From contig CAWEYL010000001.1 in NCBI GenBank assembly GCA_963813335.1, positions 544,001 to 608,000 of the forward strand: a stretch of 64,000 nucleotides of DNA, in the 5' to 3' direction. Under the pieces are notes generated by a model. That model was not told the DNA's origin. It searched no databases and worked only from the letters and a program-made list of their open reading frames with translations. Positions 57,734 through 64,000 of this stretch are shown piece by piece. Source of the stretch: an uncultured Chloroflexia bacterium (GTDB taxonomy: Bacteria > Chloroflexota > Limnocylindria > Limnocylindrales > CSP1-4). Both the position numbers and the translations under genes were made by a program. Each line of letters opens with the position of its first letter. Within the stretch, counting starts at the first letter, position 1.

Positions 57734-60022
57734 CTAGTGCTTGAACTTGACCTCGACGGTCATCCAGTTGCCCTGCTGGGCGAGGACCCGGATGGTCGTC
57801 CCGGTGTTCGGCACCGGCACGCTGGACCACCCGAAGTTGCCGATCGCGGCATTCGGGGCGACCCAGTAGCTCACGCTGTCGTCGAAGACGGGGTTGGCCG
57901 GGAGCCCCCCGTAGGTCTTGGCCACGCTGTTGAGGTGCAGCGTGATCTTGTCGGTCTTCTGCAGCCCGAACGTCGAGTCGTAGGACTGGATGCGCGGGCG
58001 CCAGACCTTGCCATCCGGGCGGATGAGCAGGTTCGGGTGGGCATCCACCGGCAGGAAGAACCCACCGCAGTTGCCCGCAAGGCAGTAGTCGCCGACGTTG
58101 TTGTCGGGATGCGAGTAGTCGAGGTACCAGACGAGGAGCCCGTTCTGGTAGGGGAAGTGCTCGACCCAGTTGCCCAGGGCGGGGTTGTCGAGGAAGCCGA
58201 AGTTGTACGGGCCGGTCTTCAGGGACTGGTCGTAGCCCCAGTAGACGCGGTTCTCCGCGATGTAGTAGTTCTCGTAGGCCTGGGTGATCGACTGGGTGAC
58301 ATTGGCGAACCCATCGAAGGTCCACGCCGGGGCGCCCGCTTCGGCGCCATCGGTGGGATTGCCGGTGATGGCGATGTCGTCGATCAGCGCGCCCTTGGGG
58401 GCGACGCCGCCGTCGGTGATGTACTCGAAGGCGAGACTGACCGTCTGGCCGGCGTAGGCGCTCAGGTCCGCGTGGAGCGGGACGTAGACGCCGCCGCTCG
58501 TGTCCGTGATCCCTTCATTGAAGCCGGGGTCGGACAGGTTGGTGTGGACCGGGGTGCCGTTGACGGTCAGGTACAGGTAGTCGTAGCCCGTCTCGATGTC
58601 GTAGTTGATGAACGCATCCAGGCTGACCGTGCCAGCGGGGAGCGTCACGGACCTCGTCATCGAGTTGTCGAGGTTGTTCCCCGACCCGGAGTAGTACTGG
58701 TGCGTGCCGCTATGCGGTGCGCCGATGTCGGTCGTCACCTCCTTCGGCGGAAGCGTGACCACCAGCTGCTGGGTCTTGGTGGTGTTGTACTCGGCCGGGC
58801 CCATGTGGACCCGGGTCTTCGGTGCGCCGTAGCCGACGATCTCGTAGTTCGACCAGCCGAGGAAGAGCTTTTCGTAGGCGCTCATGTGGACCGGCTCGGT
58901 GCCGATGCCGTCCTTGGGCTTGCCGCTCGAGCCGTACGAGCCGCTCGAGTACAGGGTCCAGAAGCCGGTCGAGTTCTCGGCACCACCGGTGTTGCCGCTG
59001 GTGTCGTAGAGGTCCGGCAGGCCGAGGTCGTGGCCGAACTCATGCGAGAAGACGCCGACGCCGCCGTCCTCGGGCTCGACGGTGTAGTCGCCGATCCATA
59101 CGTTCGAGTCGCCGATCTTGACGCCACCGAGCAGGTTGCCGGCCGGACCGGCGGACCCGATGAGGTTGTAGAAGGCGTACCAGCGGTGGCTCCAGATGGC
59201 GTCCTCGCCCTGGGCGCCGCCGCCGGTCTCCTCGCCGGAGCCGGCGTGGATGGCCTGGAAGTGGTCGATGTAGCCGTCAGGCTCGTTGAAGTTGCCGTCG
59301 CCGTCGTAGTCGTACCGATCCCACTTGTCGAACTGCGACAGGTAGGCGGCGATCTCGGCCGGCGTCTTGCCGGCGGCCACCTGGCCGGCGTACCAGGCGT
59401 TGACCTCGTCCTGGACGAAGCGCCAGACGGTGGAGCAGACGATGTCGCCGCACGCGTTGGTCCCGTAGCGGGCCTCGTTGTACGGGACGGTGACCCAGTC
59501 CTCTACGGTGCCGTTCACCGTGTAGCGGCCGGACGACTGCTCGAGGTAGAAGTCGCGCATCGAGACGGCGTTCTTCTTGTTGCTGAACAGCAGGCTCGTG
59601 TAGTAGGCCTGGTTGAAGTCGGACGCCCAGATGCTGGTGTTGTCGACCGAGCGGTCCGGGGCCGGGATCTGGTTGTGCACCGGGCCGGTCGTGCCGCCGT
59701 AGGACGGGTGGACCGTGTCGCCGAACTGGCCAAGGACCGTCCAGATCGTGTCTTCGCCCTGGCGATCGAGTTCCACGAACTTGCCGCGGCGGACCTGGAC
59801 GACTCCGTTGTGTCCGTGCTTGTCGAGGTGGCCGGACAGGTAGCCCTGCAGGCCCTGTGCGCGAAGCGCGGACTGCTCGGATCCGAGCGGATGGGGCATG
59901 TCGTCGACCGGCATCGAATCCGGCGTGGCCGGCGGAGCCTTGGGCTTGGCCGCGAAGGCGGTGCCAGCCGTGAGCGAGAGCAGCATGGTTAGGGTCGTCA
60001 CGACGACCAGGAGTTTCCTCAA
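57734..60022 (-). CDS. Secreted M6-family (immune inhibitor A-like) metalloprotease
   Basis: GAGGAGG RBS with TTG, signal peptide, DGYIDHF, IWSHRW, HEFGHDLGLPDLYD. Confidence 0.93.
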   Translation of the reverse strand: MRKLLVVVTTLTMLLSLTAGTAFAAKPKAPPATPDSMPVDDMPHPLGSEQSALRAQGLQGYLSGHLDKHGHNGVVQVRRGKFVELDRQGEDTIWTVLGQFGDTVHPSYGGTTGPVHNQIPAPDRSVDNTSIWASDFNQAYYTSLLFSNKKNAVSMRDFYLEQSSGRYTVNGTVEDWVTVPYNEARYGTNACGDIVCSTVWRFVQDEVNAWYAGQVAAGKTPAEIAAYLSQFDKWDRYDYDGDGNFNEPDGYIDHFQAIHAGSGEETGGGAQGEDAIWSHRWYAFYNLIGSAGPAGNLLGGVKIGDSNVWIGDYTVEPEDGGVGVFSHEFGHDLGLPDLYDTSGNTGGAENSTGFWTLYSSGSYGSSGKPKDGIGTEPVHMSAYEKLFLGWSNYEIVGYGAPKTRVHMGPAEYNTTKTQQLVVTLPPKEVTTDIGAPHSGTHQYYSGSGNNLDNSMTRSVTLPAGTVSLDAFINYDIETGYDYLYLTVNGTPVHTNLSDPGFNEGITDTSGGVYVPLHADLSAYAGQTVSLAFEYITDGGVAPKGALIDDIAITGNPTDGAEAGAPAWTFDGFANVTQSITQAYENYYIAENRVYWGYDQSLKTGPYNFGFLDNPALGNWVEHFPYQNGLLVWYLDYSHPDNNVGDYCLAGNCGGFFLPVDAHPNLLIRPDGKVWRPRIQSYDSTFGLQKTDKITLHLNSVAKTYGGLPANPVFDDSVSYWVAPNAAIGNFGWSSVPVPNTGTTIRVLAQQGNWMTVEVKFKH

Positions 60023-60283
60023 GACCGATCCCTCCTCAATGGGCATGTCGAGGCTGATGGGCGCGGGCGTGAGACAGCCAGAGACACCTCCTTCGGCGGC
60101 TGTCGGAGCCTGGGGCAAAGGGGTTGCGAGCACTCTCCCGTGTGCTGCGCGCTGGGCGCCAACCATAGCCCGGCCGCAGGCCGCCTCGCAACCCGGCGAC
60201 GGAGCGTCTGGCTTCGGAGCGTTGCCCGGACGCACCGGACTTCTGGCCCCGGGCCGCAGAACCCCACCGGTCGCCGCCGTCAA

Positions 60284-60295
60284 GAACACCTGTTC
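60284..60295. promoter_or_regulatory. LexA (SOS) box GAACACCTGTTC upstream of uvrA
   Basis: GAAC-N4-GTTC; TACACT -10 at 60314-60319. Confidence 0.85.
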
Positions 60296-60325
60296 CATAT
60301 GACGGCAGTCCGCTACACTGGGGCC

Positions 60326-63397
<3,072 letters not shown>

Positions 63398-63427
63398 GCG
63401 CCCGGCACCGGCGTACCATCACGGGCC

Positions 63428-63877
63428 ATGCCGGAGATCGATTTCGCGTTCCTGGCCGACGCCGCGGAGACGATCCCCGGCCAGAAGTTCCACGTGCTCG
63501 GCGGCGGGGTCGCGCGGATCGGTGGCCGTCGCTTCCCGCTGCGCCACCCGCACCTGGCCCTCGTGATCGGCCTGCAGGTGACGGCGCCGGAGACCGAGCG
63601 TGAGCACGAGATCCGCTTCGTGCTGCTCGACCCCGACGGTGCCGAGGTGGCCGGCGCGACCGGCAGCGTGGTGGCCCGCAGCCAGCGCGACGGCCGGGAC
63701 GCCATCCTGACGTTCTCGATCGACCTCTGGAACCTGACCTTCCCCGCACCCGGCGACTACTCGTTCCGGATCCTCGTCAACGGATCGGAGCGCAAGCGCC
63801 TGCCGCTCGTGCTGCTCAAGCCCAGCGACGGCAACGGCGAGTCCGGCACGGCGGGCGCGCGCTCGCCGGATGACTGA
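63428..63877 (+). CDS. DUF6941-like protein
   Basis: DFAFLADAA...KFHVLGGG and [17 protein letters not shown]. Confidence 0.7.
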   Translation: MPEIDFAFLADAAETIPGQKFHVLGGGVARIGGRRFPLRHPHLALVIGLQVTAPETEREHEIRFVLLDPDGAEVAGATGSVVARSQRDGRDAILTFSIDLWNLTFPAPGDYSFRILVNGSERKRLPLVLLKPSDGNGESGTAGARSPDD

Positions 63878-64000
63878 GCCGGGGGTCGCCTGGACCCTGC
63901 CGTCGCCGGGCCGCCACGAGCGTCCGGTCATCGACGCGGCCGGCCTGGAGGCGGCGCGCCACGCCGACCGCCTGCTGGCCGCCGCGCGCGACCTGGGCCT
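63870..64000 (+). CDS. Hypothetical protein, 3' partial
   Basis: ATG overlapping the end of the previous gene; frame open to the window end. Confidence 0.5.
   Translation, partial: MTEPGVAWTLPSPGRHERPVIDAAGLEAARHADRLLAAARDLG

Overview
Very GC-rich bacterial DNA. Chloroflexota- or Actinomycetota-like origin is an inference from gene style and GAAC-N4-GTTC SOS boxes. Many essential genes are split by single-base indels, which looks like long-read assembly error rather than true decay. In order, the window holds: an aminotransferase; a LacI-controlled beta-glucoside/cellobiose operon (ABC transporter, GH94, GH1) with two palindromic operators; gatB; a BMP-type nucleoside ABC transporter with a nucleoside hydrolase; an orphan-rich accessory stretch at about 22.6-34.5 kb (Asp-box lipoprotein, adenylate cyclase, stand-alone GGDEF, a protein with three 290-aa repeats); dnaE; tRNA-Leu; an ECF sigma/anti-sigma pair; polA-mutM-ABC-F; coaE; uvrB; an M6 protease; and uvrA. 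The best candidate for an undescribed system lies between ABC-F and coaE. It is a membrane/GAF/GGDEF/EAL gene, a related palindromic motif upstream of both genes, a c-di-GMP-I riboswitch, and a secreted subtilase ending in 16 G-x-x-W-x (GSSWS) pentapeptide repeats.
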